The position numbers and the translations under genes are program-made. A DNA stretch of 64,000 nt from Lama guanicoe (lineage: Eukaryota): NCBI GenBank assembly GCA_013239625.1, contig MU054212.1:9038898-9102897 (forward strand), read 5' to 3'. Positions within the stretch are counted from its first letter, which is position 1. Every line of letters begins with the position of its first letter. Below, piece after piece: positions 11,681 through 25,600 of this stretch. The notes beneath the pieces are model-generated. The model was not told the DNA's origin. It made no database searches and saw only the letters and a program-made list of their open reading frames with translations.

Positions 11681-14497
11681 TGATGAACGTCAGGTCCTAG
11701 GATGAGGTACCTTTTTCTAGGGGGTCCTTTTTGTCTAGGGATTAGTTTTCCGGATTTACTTGTTTCCTTAATCCTTGTTACGTTTATAGCCACTTGTGCT
11801 GGTATTGTCATAAAGTTTATAGTTTGTGAAAATTTCTGCCACGTTTTGATTGGCTTGCATTTGTCCCAATAGCAGCATTTTAAGGAACATTCAGATGGTC
11901 CCATCGTACAAGCCCATTTTAGAAATATGTAACTTTTGGAATGTATTTGATGAAAATGAATATTCATTTTTCTTAGACATGCATTCTTAAGAACTTTTAG
12001 ACTATATTGAATGAATATATTAGATATTTGTTTATTTGTAGAAAGTCTAAATCAGGAGGGAATACCTGTAATTAATCAAAGGACTAGATGCATAAATGTA
12101 AAATGCGTGACCCCCGCCCCTTTTCCACCTTGGTTCCACCCTCCAGTTGACTGCTCCGTTAGGCAGTGCTGATGCTCTCACTTCCTTCCCCCTCCCCCGT
12201 GGCTCTTCCCAGCTGTAGCTGCAGGGAGTTGGGTCAGAAACAAATCAACCATTCCTAAAACCAGTCATCCAGAACTAGGCAGAATTAGCTGTTAAAACAT
12301 CACATCCAACCCAGTTGCTAAAACTTCATAAATAATGAATAGAAACCAATAAATTCTGCACGTTGGGTTTAGGCAAATAGACGTTCTGCAAATTGACCTG
12401 CCTCCATGGGGTGGCCCCTTGATGGACCAATGGAAGATGGTTTTCCTCTGAGCCTTGGGCAGTTCTGAGATCCAGTGGCCAGGTGCATTCTCTTCCCTGT
12501 GCTGCCCTGGACACCCTGGCTTCCCAACCCATACCTCACTTCGTGTGCTGCTTCTGATTTGCTATGTTCCAATACCAGGTCATCAAGCACTTGAGAGCCA
12601 TGGACAAAATTTGATTTAATTCTGTAGAGAAATATTTGCACATATGTATGGAGATGTCCACTGTCCAATGTCCATCAGAAGTTTCCATACTGGAAAACTG
12701 GGGGTAGCCAAAATGTCCACTCAGGAGAGGGAAGGCAAGCTTAATTGTGGTCCTTCTGGTCAAGGAACGTTGGCTTTTGCTGATGGCTTTAAGGACATTA
12801 TCACTGTTGACAAATATTTTAGTTATTCAAAGGCTCTTTCCACTTATTTATAGTTTTTTAACTTTTATTCTGGAGGTGTTCAGTTTCAGACTCTAGAGCT
12901 TTCAGACTCCAGAAAAGTGGGGGAGTGACTTTAATCGTTTTGCTCACTCTTATGACCAGATGTTATGTACAGACAAATTATAGAAGGCAAACAGCATTTG
13001 GTCCTTAATTTATGTAATATATAGTATTTAGTAATAATAATAGTAAATATAATTTATTAATATATCTTTGTAGCAACCAGGTTCAATAGAACAGACCAAC
13101 TTCAATATTAGTGGATGACTTGCATTTCATATGCATAAGCAGACATTGGTAAAGATCTCAGTTAAGGATCATCACAACACCATGAATTGCCCCTGTTTAC
13201 CTACTCTGCTTTTTTCTCCCATGTTGGGATTCCTGCAATTTCTCTCTCCTGTTTTGAGCCCTTTCTCCCTTACGGTATTAGGAGAACACTCAGACTTCTC
13301 TGGAAACTCAGCTTCTCACTTCCTATGATAATTTTCTTGTGCTGCATTGGGCAGGAGGCATTGGTAGTCTTTTTGCTTTTGAAAAGCAAATTCCTTTCTT
13401 AAAAAAAAAGAAAAAAAGCTTTCTTCAGCTGGTGTTGGAAATAAACCTTGATTTCCTTCAGCTTTTTTCTTCCACGGAAGGAGAAAAGCAACAGGACTTG
13501 AAGGAAAAGGGGAGTTGGGGGATTGAATCATTGTTGCTTTCTGTGTTTGCTCTCGGCATCTTTTTTCTGGGTAAATTGCCTCAGGAATTTCTGCAGTCAG
13601 CTCTAATCTGCTCTTGAAAGGCCTTCTTTTGGACGAAACTCTTCAACTGAGCCAAAACTCTCCCCAGGACTCAGGGTTTGGGAGAAGACAATGAAAAGAA
13701 AGAGAGTATTAACATGTGGCCCTTCTATTGAGATTGTGAAATTTCCTTAAGTAAAGGTGGCAGAGGAGAAAAAGGCAGAAAACTCTGCTTTTGGGGAGGT
13801 AGAGTTTATACCTCTCCCCTCTTCCTTCTCTTTTTTCTTTTGCCCCTTCCCACCCAGGAAGTTTGCAATAGAGAGCTTTTTGCATGTTTCTGGAAACAGG
13901 GGCATTTTTGTCCCACTGGTACCATGGACAGATACCAAATAAATATTTTTTGTCTCATGATATTTTGAATTATCATTTCTCCTCAAAATAAACACAAAAT
14001 GCAAATGATAAAAATTGGACTTTTATTATTGCTTCCAAAGTCAGTTAAACATGGACATTTCGGAAACAGGTTGAACACCATTTTTATATAAACCACCAAA
14101 GACAAAGGTATTTTTATCTGACAGCTGGCATTTTAAAAAGGCATTCTTCCCCTCCTACCCACGAGGGAAAAAGTCCTTATGTACCAAATCAGAGGCAGTC
14201 TTTCTGAACCGGTGACTTCTGCCATTAATTTAGATGAAAGAACAAATTAATTCATGTTTCCTTAATTCCAAACCAGGATGTGAAGCAAGCTTGCGATGAT
14301 TTTATGCCTGGACCTAGGTGGGAGTTTTAAAGAGTTCGGCAGAAGGTGGGTGTGTGTGACTTAATCTGTTTTAAAGAGCCTGAAAGTTATTCCTAGCTCT
14401 CGGAAATTATAAAAAAAAAAAAAAACAAGAGGGTGGAAACAGAGTTCAAACACACTATTCATAGGATAAGAGGAAGAGGAGGGAGGGAGGGACCCGA

Positions 14498-14930
14498 CTT
14501 TCATTCACTTCACAAAAATGGCTTCTGTACCTGTTATGTGCCAGTCACTGTTTAAGGTCCTGGGGCTACAGCAATGCCTAAAGCAGACAAAAATCCCTGC
14601 TGTGGACCTTCCTTTGCAGTGGGGGTGGGGAGACACGGATAATAAACAAGGTCAATATATAAAAGATAGAGTGTGACAGTGGTCAGTGCTATGAGAAGAA
14701 AAACACTCCCAGGGTTCTGAAATGTGTGTATCTCAGTGCATGTCGGAGATTTTTAAATAGGGAGCCAGGGGAGATCTCGTCCAGAAGGGGATGGTTTCGT
14801 ACGGTGGGAGGCCGTGTAGGGGGGCAGCGGGTGAGCAGGTCGGAGGCCACTGCATGGCCCAGGTGCGGGATGATTGCTTTAGACCAGAGGTGTAGCAGGT
14901 CAGCAGTAAGAAAGGCTGGATGTGGAACTC
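14498..14930 (-). mobile_element. L2 LINE 3' fragment
   Basis: ttcattcac...tatgtgccagtcactgtt...ctggggctacagcaatg...cagacaaaaatccctgc matches an antisense L2 3' end. Confidence 0.75.
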
Positions 14931-15849
14931 CTTGCAGGATGAGACGGGGTGGGGGGCAGCGGCGGGGCATGAATAGAAGAGAGAAGCCAGAAGCCTGGCC
15001 ATGGGGTTCCAGCCTGAGCATATGCTGCAACCCCGTGGCCCCTCTGCTGTGGTCTCTGAGGCTGTCACCTAAGGTTTTCAGTTTGTGTTCTTTTATACTT
15101 TGTGCCATTGCTTCCACACTAGGTGACAAACTCCCCGAGAGCAAACCTAGCTCCTTTCTTGTCTTTCTTTCACACCTCAGAGTCCAGCACAAATTTGTTG
15201 GCTTGAACTGACTGTTCCAAGAACAGCACTTTAGAAACACAGAACTGTGTAGAATACCCACCAGGTGCAGGATGGATGATTCATGTGCGGTAATGATCAC
15301 CAGGGGCCATGATGGTCTCTTCTCTGAGCCAATCAGATGTGCTCATGAACTCAGAATGCCAGGAGGGGAGGCGGGGCCTCACTTCAAATGCAGCACAACC
15401 CCCCCCAACCCCCCGCCTCCGTCTCCCCATCCTGGCTCCAGAGCCACCTGGGGTGACCATGCTTTGGGAGGGGGGATTGGAAGAATGGGATTTTGCATGG
15501 TAGTGTCCTCTGGTTTGAAGGCCATTCACTGATGATGACTCAGCGTTTTTAGTGTATTCTGAACCCAGGACAAGGCAGCAGGGCAGTGCAGCTGCTGGAC
15601 GTGACCAGGCTCAGCTGGATGCTCCGCTCAGCACAGCCAACCAGTGTCTCTGAACTGAGGGAGGAGAGGGGACGTGGTAGTTGGTTCATGTCTGCCCGCT
15701 ACTCTTTCTAGCCTCTCATTCTTGTGTGTTTTGCCAGAGTTTAATCTGCTTGTTGAATGCGAGAATCATGGTGTGTCAGAGGGGCCACTCCCCACTGGCG
15801 CGTTTGGTTTCATTCCCAGGTGAAAAAGGTTGTCATTAATGCTGATGAA

Positions 15850-16004
15850 GGGGGCGGGTATATAGCTCCGTGGTAGAGTGCCTGCATAGCAAGGACAAGG
15901 TCCCCAGAACCTCCAGTAAAAGAGAAATAAGTAAGCCTGATTACCTCCCCCCAACAAACAACAACAAACATGAAAACTAAAAAAAGGAAAAAAAAAAGAC
16001 AGAA
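15850..16004 (+). mobile_element. tRNA-derived SINE (camelid vic-1-like) with target-site duplication
   Basis: The head GGGGGCGGGTATATAGCTCCGTGGTAGAG carries an A box at 15863-15873, followed by cctgattacctcccccc and an A-rich tail. The TSD is AATGCTGATGAA (15838-15849) / AATGCTGATAAA (16005-16016). Confidence 0.8.
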
Positions 16005-16344
16005 AATGCTGATAAAATACGTCCCCGAGTATTTTCACAGGAGCAGGCGAGTTTTCTGTTACCCTCCACTTTCCGATGAAGGGCTGGCTCAGTTTTTCCC
16101 TAGTTAAAGGGCAGCGCGCCTCAGCCTTTCTCAGCCAGTGACCTATCTTGAGTCACCAGACCTTCCCCATTGGAGGAGTGTTGTATCATCTCTGATGCTG
16201 GTTGCTGCGCTCTGAGGAGGAGGTTCAAGTACCAGGATTAGAGGCCCTTGTGGTGGCCCCCTTGGTGTGGACGCCTTCAAATTCTACTGGCCACCCCTAG
16301 TGGGGGATGGGCTCTCCTAGCATTTTGGGTATTAACCCACCCAA

Positions 16345-16495
16345 GGTCGGTACTTCTCCCAGTGTGGTCCTGGGGCCAATGAGTTTGGTGGAAGTGCAGC
16401 CTCGCGTGCCTGCCCCAGGTCAGCTAAGTCCACTCTGCGCCTTACAAGCTCCCCAGGTGATTTCTATGATGCGCATTAGGGCATGAGACGATTAA
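16345..16495. mobile_element. MER5A-like hAT-Charlie MITE remnant
   Basis: cggtacttctcccagtgtggtcc...acaagctccccaggtgatttctatgatgc...atgaga. Confidence 0.55.
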
Positions 16496-19400
16496 GGGTA
16501 CCGTGCATCAGCTGGTCTGTTTTAAACTAAATCACATCACGTGACAACCCCCACTACGGTTCATTTTCAGTCCTGAAGGCTCCTCTCCTGCAGGCAGCCA
16601 CGTCTCTTACGGCTTCCCTTTTGTTGCTAATGTCTTGAATTATTTTTTTTTCTGTTCACTCGTCTGGTTCCTTCAATTTATGTCTCAGAAAATCTGCAGC
16701 CCGGGGCTCTGATGCTTTGCCGCTGAAGGTAGGCTGTGGCCGTACCCTCTCTCTGTCCCTCACATGCCACGTAGGGACCTGGACGGCGGGCGGGTTGTTC
16801 TTTAAATTCTTAGCTCAATTCGTGGAGATGCTGAACGTGCTTCTCCGACTTAAGGCGGGCTTGGCTTCCATAGCCTCTAAATACAGGTATTAACTGGTGG
16901 CATGAGGCTAAAATCGTCTTTGGTCCTGGCGAGAATATAAACAAACAAACGGGCCTCATAATTTTCAGACTGGGAGAAGAAAAAAAAATGAAACAAATCT
17001 CTGCTTCCTTGCAAGGCAAAGCAACAGTTTGGGCGCTTGGTTTTGTTCTAATGGCACCTTTATCGCGAGGCAGTGTCTGAGGGAGCCTCTAAGTGTGTAT
17101 AATGATGGGAGTTCATGTCTCTTTCCTGAAGAAAGAGCTCCAGCCCCTCGGGGGGTGTGGTGACGGCTGGGGCCCTGCTGTCCGACCACAAAGATTACTG
17201 AGGACGTTTTCCATGCCTGTGGCTCTGGTCTGCGTGGAGTCGGGCCCGAGCCCAGGGGAGACCGCACTGGGGGCCCGGAAGAAAGCCACCCCTGCCAGCT
17301 CCCCAGTCCTGGTTCTGCTGCCACCCACCCTCACAGCCTTGCTCCTGGACTTGGCATCTAGAAAATGGCTCACATGAGCATGTGACTGAGCCAGCCCCGT
17401 ACCCCCCATCCTTCACTCTTGTTTTGACTCCTGAAAGTGCTGTCTGCCCTTGGGATGGGATGGAGGCCGCCGTCTGCATCTTAGACGGAGTGTGTGTGTG
17501 GAGACCGGGCCTTGTGGGGGGATACATCACCACAAGCCAAAGAGAATGTCAGCTCTTGCAAAAGTCCATTAAGCGCTTCTGGCCCACTCGCATGTCCTCA
17601 CTATTCGTACAAGAGAGAAGTTTATTCACTTTCTTTGCCTGAAATAATTCAGCAGGGTGAGAGGCCTGCCCCAGTTTATGGTGATTTGACGCCTGCATTG
17701 TGGCGCTGGAAGGGCACGCCCTTTTGCTTGCCTTTTCCTCTCAGTGGCCTGTGGTTGTGACTCTTTCAAAGGCTCCCTTGGCTCTGACCCCAGTGTGAAT
17801 TGATGGTGGAGGCCCTGCAAGGGCGAGTGCCCGCCCTGGGGCCCGTCATGGTCCACAGTCTCCTCTCTCAGCTGCTCCCAGCCCCTGCTCCTCATCACTC
17901 CTTGGAAATCCAAGGCTGCCCTAGGGCTTTCCCTTTAAACTGAACCAGGTGAATGGGGAGGGGGGCCTTCAGTGTGGAGCTGTTCCTCTGCAGGCAGGGG
18001 CCCTGGAGGGGCAGGGAAGTCAGAATCAGTCCGATCGGATCCGAGAGGTGGGCCTTCTAGGCAGGGAGTCGGGGTGGGAGAGCCCTGTTGGAGCGCTTTA
18101 ATTTGCTGACACATGGCGCCCCCATGGCAAGTCACCGTGCACACTGAGTGAGCCTGAGACGTAGCCTGAGCCTGGTACGTAATGGAGTGACCGCGTGTTG
18201 GCTGGGTGAATGTGGGTAAGTGTCGCTCAGCCGGCCTGCCATGAGCATGATGATGACTGTGCCGGGAGTCAGCCTATGTCTAATCCAGAGGGAGGAAATG
18301 GTGCTGCTCGCCCACGGCTCCGCTCCTCGGCGTCATAGGGCTGCAAAGCGTCCCCAGCAGCACCAGGCTCTCTCACTGCTTGGGGTCTGCCACACCTGTC
18401 CCCTTGGCCTCATTCACCTGAGTAGCTGACTCATTTTCCCCAAGTTTACCTGGACTGAACATACCTAACCGTGGGCCTCTCTCTCGTTAGACTTTAAGTT
18501 CCTCCCGGGAGCACCGTGTTGTGTTCATCTTTGAGGCTAGGCTTCAGTGCCCTCCCCCGAGTGTAACTGCCGTGAGTGGCTCAGAGTCACAAGTCCCGCT
18601 CTCTGTACGATGTCACTCTGTGGCTCCTTTGTTCCATGGGAGAAGTTACAACTATGCAAATGGCTGGTTTCAGCAGGAAATATGTACTGATTTAACTAGC
18701 AGGTTTGGAAACACTGATTCCACAGGGGCATCCAATCCGAGGTGTTCTGGTCCTCTGCTCTGTGATGGAGTCCTCCAGAAACTCAAAGTTGTGTCCACAT
18801 TGTTTCCTAAGTTCTCCAATATGTTGGGCTCACCTGGCTGTTACCACCGAGGGGATGAGCAGTCAGGATCGGCTCATTTCGAGGTTTCACCTGGATGACT
18901 GGCCGCAGCTGTAGAGCACCCCTGACTGGCTCAGCCCTCCTCGGCATAGACCTTGGCACAGCCTGGAAATAACCCCAGAGGGCGTGTCAGGAGGTTTGGG
19001 GTGCAGCTTGTCCACGATTTTGACGAATAGAAAAGCTGCGGTTCAAATGTGAATTTGCTCCACAACAAAAAAAACAATATTTAAGGTTTGCTATACTTAA
19101 CTGTAAAAATGCAACACGACGTCCTCTGACTGTGGTTCCCTCTCCCCCTTGGTTAGTGAATAAACTGATCAGCAGTTGTTTTCACAACCCTTTTCTCTGG
19201 TGCAGTTTCGTTTGCGTTATGTGATACTCACCATAGATGAATGGCTGTTTCCACCTTGAAGGGCCTGGCCCCATGGGGTGGGTCAGGTGGACTGCTGAGT
19301 TTTGCCAGCTCTGTTGGGTGACATGATTGATGCCAGATTGTTCCCCTTTGACCCCAGCTAATGATCCTTGTCTTCCCTCCAGGGGTTAGACATTCACTTT

Positions 19401-22004
19401 TTTTCCTCAGAGCGTTTAGGGCAGGGATGGTGAACATTCTCCCTGTCAAGAGCCATTGACCCTAGGAAGGAAGAGGCCATCTCTTTGAGGGAGTGATGGT
19501 ACCTTGGAGAGGCACCCCCTGGGCCCAGCCGGGGCTGTCTGAGCTCAGGCGACCTTCTCAGCACGGTGAAAAGGTCCTGACAGATGACAGGAGGTGCCCG
19601 GCAGCCCAGAGTGAAGGACCTGACTGTTCACTCTGCAGAGGGTCTTGGGTATTTTCTTAGAAATGTCATTGAAGCCTTTGGTGCTGGCGAGAGAAGGAAG
19701 TCATCTGTACTGAGTGGGCCAGGTGCTTTGCCAAAATTACTGTGTTCATTATCACGTTGCCTCAGAATGTTGGAATGTGGATTTTTAATTCTGGTTTACC
19801 GTAAGAAAACCAAGGCACAGAGAGACATTTCTTCTGAAAGGCACCCATCGATTTAGGCATCTGGAGGGTGGTGTGGTCCAAGACTCTGGTGGGGTGGTGC
19901 AGAAGGCAGGAGCAAACCCAGGCCGTGCATGGTGCAGGGCGAGGGACTGGCCAGCTGGGCTTGCAGGGGGAGTGGGCACAGCGGCTCCAGCGGTGGGCAG
20001 GAGAGAAGCGGGGAGCTCCTAGTGGCCGGTTCTGTGAGCTGAGGCTGGGGTAACCGGGTGCTTCACCGAGGCCAAGACTAGGACAGTCCTGGCTGGAGTC
20101 GGTGCCTGGGTGAGGGGTTGAGTGGTTTGGATGTGCGTCCTCAGGGGTGGTTGGGGGTGGGGCTGTGTGGTTTGGGGCCCTTGTGCTGGGGTGGTTCTCT
20201 TGTAAATTTTTTCCCCCGGAGAGTAAAGCAGAGTTGGGCCTCAGACCTGACTGAGAGGGATGGTCTCCTATGGGCACTGCTGGAGACTCTGGATGCTTCC
20301 AGGAGAACAGAGAAAAAGGCTCGTTTGATCAGGAAACCTCTCTTCCCTTTGTGCCCTGCCGGGAGAGGGACCCAGCTGCAGGCCTGACTACCCTTGTGCC
20401 GGGAGCATCTCGGGGGGAAAACCACCCTCCATTCCAGCAAAACCGCTCGGCGGTACTTTCTCTATTGTGGTTAGAACTAGAAAGAGAAATATACGTCAGT
20501 TCTGAAAAAAAAAAAGCGCACATCTAAACGTTTCAACTTAATTCTGAAGTAAAGGGAATGATAGAAGCCATAAACAAAGTAACTATTTCGGGGGTCTCCA
20601 GTTTCCTCATTCGGGGAGGAGAGAGCAAAGGAAGAAGGTAATGTGAAAGGAGGGGAGGAGACAGAGACGGCAGGAGGCAGGGGCCAAGCCATTTCCAGGA
20701 GAGACTGATGTGTGGGTGGAGGCAGAGGAGCGAGTTCTGACTTGATCGGCCCCTGATCCTGTTCTTCACACCACGGATTGCCTCTGGGTGTTTTTTTGCT
20801 GCTATTCAGATGCCAATGACCTGATTACCCCGGGACAGCAGCCTTTTTAGCAGCCCCTCTGGGCCCACATGCGTGGTGAGGGGTCCAGTAGGCAGGTGGA
20901 GGGGGCGGGGGCTGGATGGTCTCTGAGGACCCTCCTCTCTCTACCATTCTTCGATTCTGGGGGAAGACGAAAATGAGTTTTAAACAGAATTCCCATTCAT
21001 TAAGTGGCCTGCACTAGTTGACCCCGGCCTTTTTGCCTCTGAGAAGAGGCACCTTTGTTAAAGCAGCGATGGGAGCAGACACAAGTGCCCTTTGCTGGGG
21101 CCCAAAGCTAGCCCTCGGTTCAGAGGGAAAGATCGTTTTCTGCGAAGAAATCTGGAACCAGAGGTCCTTGACGCTGCCTGGGCTGCCCTCCTCAGTGAAG
21201 GTGAGGAGGGTGGGGGTGTGGTTCCCAAAGTCACGGAGCTGGGTGGAGCTCGGCAGGGCTGTGAGGACAGACAAGCCGTCGGGCACATAATTGCATGCTT
21301 TCAATTCTGGTGCAGCCTTTTGGTCACAGCTCCTTGGAGCAGCCTCCAAGGGGGCCTCCTGGGTTCCTCCCTAGCTCAGCACCTGCAGTGCCCGCAGTGT
21401 CTTCTGTTGACACGTCTTCTCCACTGACTCTTGAGTTTCGTGAAACCGGGTCCTGCTTGGTGCATCTTTCTTACTCCCCTGCCTGGCACCGCCCTCGATA
21501 CACAGTAAGTGGCCCGTGATTGAAGGGAGGAAGGAAGGAGTCAGCGTTGGCTGCTGAGGGCTAGGAAGCAACATCCTGGATTGTCCAGGGTCCTGAAGTT
21601 CTCTGGGCCCTGCCCTTCAGAAGGCAGAGAAGGCTGCAAACCTGGGCCAAAAACACACGCACAGATGGACCCAAAACTCATCCGCGGACCCTCATTTAGG
21701 GGCCCAAGGCCAGCAGACCCGTAGCCTTTAGCAGCAGAACACGTGCATCAGTCCATTAGCTGTGCATACCCGGCCCAGACCCCATGCCAGGGGCTGCCGG
21801 GGCTGGAGGGAAACCTGTGTGGGTGAGGGTTGGTTCTGGTGCAGGGAAAGTGCAGTTGGGAAGACAAGTGATGCTTTGTGACAGGATATGCCGCATCTCA
21901 GGCCTGCGGCCACATGTGCACAAAGAGATTGTGAAGAGCAGTGTCCTCCGTAACCTCCAGGCCCACAGCCTTTCACTTCCTGTGGGCTCTCGCCTTTGGT
22001 TATG

Positions 22005-22610
22005 CTTTTTTTAATAGACATTATTTTTGAGGGGAGCAGTTCTAATGTTACAGAAAAAATTAAGAAGTGCAGAGTTCCCAGATGCCCCTCCAACCTCCCC
22101 CAACTTCCTGTTATCGATATCTTGCAGGAGTGTGGTACCTTGCTATAACTGATGTACAAATATTGATGCATTTTTATTAACTAAGGTTTATCGTTTACAT
22201 TTGGGTTCCTTCTTTGTGTTATGCATTCTCTGGGTTTGGACAAATATATTTTGATGTGTGCCCACCATGAGCGTGTCACGTGGAATAATTTCACTGCCCT
22301 CAGCATCCTCTGTGCGCCATCTAATTATTCTTCTTTCTCTCTTCCCCTCCGAGTGCCTGGAAACCACTGATCTTTTTATTGTTCCCATGGTTTTTCCTTT
22401 TCCAGACTGTCCTATAGCAGGAATCATACAGTGTGCAGTCTTTTCAGATTGGCTTTTTCACTTAGGAACATGCACTTAAGATTCCTTCATGTCTTTTTGT
22501 GAGTTGATAGCTCATTTCTGTTTATCGCCAAATAATATTCCATTGTCTGATGTACCACATTTTGCTTATCCAGTCGAAGGACATCAAGGTGGCTTCCCAG
22601 TTTTGGTGGT
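22005..22610 (-). mobile_element. Old L1 (L1MC-like) 3' end, antisense
   Basis: Contains ttttttaatagacattatttttgag, gcagagttccca, ggaaaccactgatctttttattgtt and ggaatcatacagtgtgcagtcttttcagattggc. Confidence 0.85.
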
Positions 22611-25600
22611 TGTGATTGCCGATATACTACTTTTCATGTCGTCTTTGGCAGTGTGGCCACAGGGACATGGCAGAGTGGGGTTATGTCTTTTGGGGGCTGG
22701 GCCTGTTCATGGAAGGCAAGACTCTAGCATGTTCTTAGGTTCGGCTAACCTGTGAAGCCGTAACCAGGCCAGATGTGGGGGAGGTATTAGGAATCTGAAT
22801 GGGAAGTGTTCCTTCTGAGTTCTTTTTCCAGCCCCCCTTGGCCAACTTAAGTCAGTTTGTGGTCAGTCATGGGAATATAAAAGTGAGTTATCCACGGGCC
22901 CTGACAGCAAGGAGCTCACAGTTTAGTGAAGGGGGGAGAATTGCAAAAGGATCATTACATATTGGAAATATTTCAACCAACACCAACTGTGAAAATTTAA
23001 GGATGGTGGCTGATTTGTAGGGTTAAAAATAACATCATCATGAGAACTCACTCCAGCCCTGAGTGGCAAGTGTGACAATATGGGTGGATACTAGGAATTT
23101 ACAGAGAAGCTGGGGAGGTGAGGGAGGTATCTCCAGGAGGAGGTGACCTGTCTCACAGGGAGGGGAGAGGTGGCTGAAGCAGGAAACCCCTCTTCCAGGC
23201 CACCGCATGAAGGCAGAGAGCGAGGCTTCTGACCCTGGGTGACCTCCCAAAGCGTCAAGGATGGCATTCAGCTCTCTCAGGGCATCCATTTCGAGGCAGG
23301 GGGACTGCTGGCTGGCAGTGAGTGCGCACGCTCCTCCAGTGTCCCATCTCTCAGGGAGTGGCCCCTCCCGGGGGGCCATGCCAGAATCTGGGAGCCCACC
23401 ACCCACTTTGTCCCGCATTCAGGTCTATCCCTAAAGCTCTCTCAAGTCAGCCCCTCTTCACCATCCCCACTGTTCTTGCCCTGACCCATCACCCCTTGCT
23501 TGCATGATTCCAGGCATTTCCTAACTGGTTTCCTGCTCCGTCTCCCTTCCATCCACCTGCCCTCACTGGCCATGCTGGTCGTGAGCTTAATGAAACCCTG
23601 TCTCATTGGATTCCTTCCTGCCTGAGAGACAGAAGCCAAAACCCCAGGGCACAGCAGCATGGAGTTGTCAACCTGATGCTCACCCTGCATGACCTGTCCA
23701 CGGACTGGCTGTGCTGAAGTGTTGTGCCCTTTGCAGGCACGCTTCCCTCTGCAGCCGTCCACGCCGCACGCTGACTCGTTCGTCTCCCTCAGTTTCCCTT
23801 CTGCACAGCCCTTCTCCGGATGCTTCATTTTCCCTCAAGCCTTTGAAGTCCGTGTCCCTGCATCTGAATCTCCATCTCCAGTCCCTTGCTTCACAGGGTC
23901 TTCCATTCCTTCCTCTGTGCCCCCCAAGTATCGCCATCTCCCACTCACATGACATTGGCATTATTGGGGGCCATGTCTGTCCTCCCCATCTCTCAGCCAT
24001 CAACTCTTGACCCCTGAGACTGCCTTCATTTACCTCTGTCCCCAGGGTGCTTAGTATAGTCCCTGCACAAAGGACAATAAAGGATTGTTAAAAGGATGAC
24101 GTTAAAAATGTCTAAAGGGTGATAACACTCCAAGGAAATTTGGGATTCAGTGAGGTCGTCTTAAGCAGTCCTGCCACCTCAGGTCTTGGGACCTTCTCAT
24201 CATTCACATCTAGCCTCTCCACTCTCAGGTTGAGGGGGCCGCCCCTCGGCTGATGGGGGACCCTCACGCATCCCTCTTCACCCTCGTCATCACTGGCACT
24301 TGTCCCTGTCAGCCCCCCCAGAAGAGAAGCCCTTGCTTTTATGGGTATGTATTTTCTCCCTGAATTTACACACTGACAGGGATGTCCTGGTTAGGATGTG
24401 AGTTTCAGTGGCCCAGTTGTTTATTTTTACTGTATACACAAAACATATGGTCATCTCATTTCCACAAGGCATTTCCTTTTCAGTGACTCTCCCCCACTTC
24501 TGAGAGCCTGCAATCCCAGCGCTGGGGCCAGTGGTGACATCCCTTCTCAGGCTTTAGTTTTTTCACCTCTGAGATGATGATGTTGGCTTGGATCAAGGAT
24601 TCTTACCTCTTGGTCCATAGACTCTCCTGAAGTCCTGTAGGAAGCTTCTGGGTGCTCATTTCCCCTGAAATTGTATTAACATTTTGTGTGTCTGAATGTC
24701 TCTTTATGACCTGTATCTGACTTTCAAAAGAGTCTATGATTCCAAAAAACTTAAAAGTCACCGGAAAAAAAAAAAGGTTTCCAAAATCTGACTCAGCAGT
24801 TTTTTCACTGAAGAACAAAGTTTCTACTCTGCCGCCTATTTTTAATTAAAAAAAATCAGCGTGTAATAATGAGTAATAGTTTCAGGTTGAAATGGGTTAC
24901 ACTTCCCCGTCATCAGTGTATCATGTGACCCAGTTGAATTCATGGGAACAATTTCCAGAGTAGATTTCTTTGGACTCAGTGCTGATGGTAACTTGGGCCT
25001 TGGGCTTCCTGACTGGGGAGAGAAGGCACCGACCGTCTCCAGGCTGTCTTTTGTCACATTTCACGGGGTTGTCCTTTGCCAGTTCTCACTGGGAGCCTGA
25101 AGGGCAGGTGTCCCAGCTACGTCTGGGCAAAGCGGGAGCTCTTTTCTCATTGCTGCGCCTGAAAAATCGTGCTGGTTGTGTTCTCTGTAGCTGGTGCGGA
25201 CGGAGTTCTAAGTGTAGGCATGGCGTTCTGCCGATGAATAAATTTCCTCTCTACACGTGATGCCTTTCACAGCAGCCCAAGGGTAGGAAGAAGGTTATTG
25301 TCTCCTGTGCAGAGGAGGGACTCCGGGGTCTTGGTCCAGGTCCCCCCCCCCCCAGAGTGCTTGGTTACTGAGTTTGCCTCTTGGTGAGATAAGGCTGTGC
25401 TGTCATGATTAAACTCAGTGATTTTCTGGATGTATCTTTCCCTCTCCCGCTTTGCTAGACACACTCACATGCCTTTGTTTCCTCCCCTCCAAATTCTCTC
25501 ACTGATGTAAGTTGGTTCTGTTTTTTCCCCTGGTCCCTTCTGATGCTCAGGTCTGTCTTTCCCCCCACACTGAAGCTTTTCTTTATTGTGCTCTTGGCTG

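Noticed and set aside
11359..11967. 202-aa - strand ORF
   Set aside because: It spans decayed repeat fragments and has no recognisable homology or gene structure.
14689..15300. 203-aa - strand ORF and overlapping ORFs
   Set aside because: It overlaps an L2 remnant and shows no protein-family similarity that I can recognise.
15850..15910. Possible tRNA gene
   Set aside because: It lacks the B box and T arm, and has an A-rich tail and TSD, so it is a SINE.
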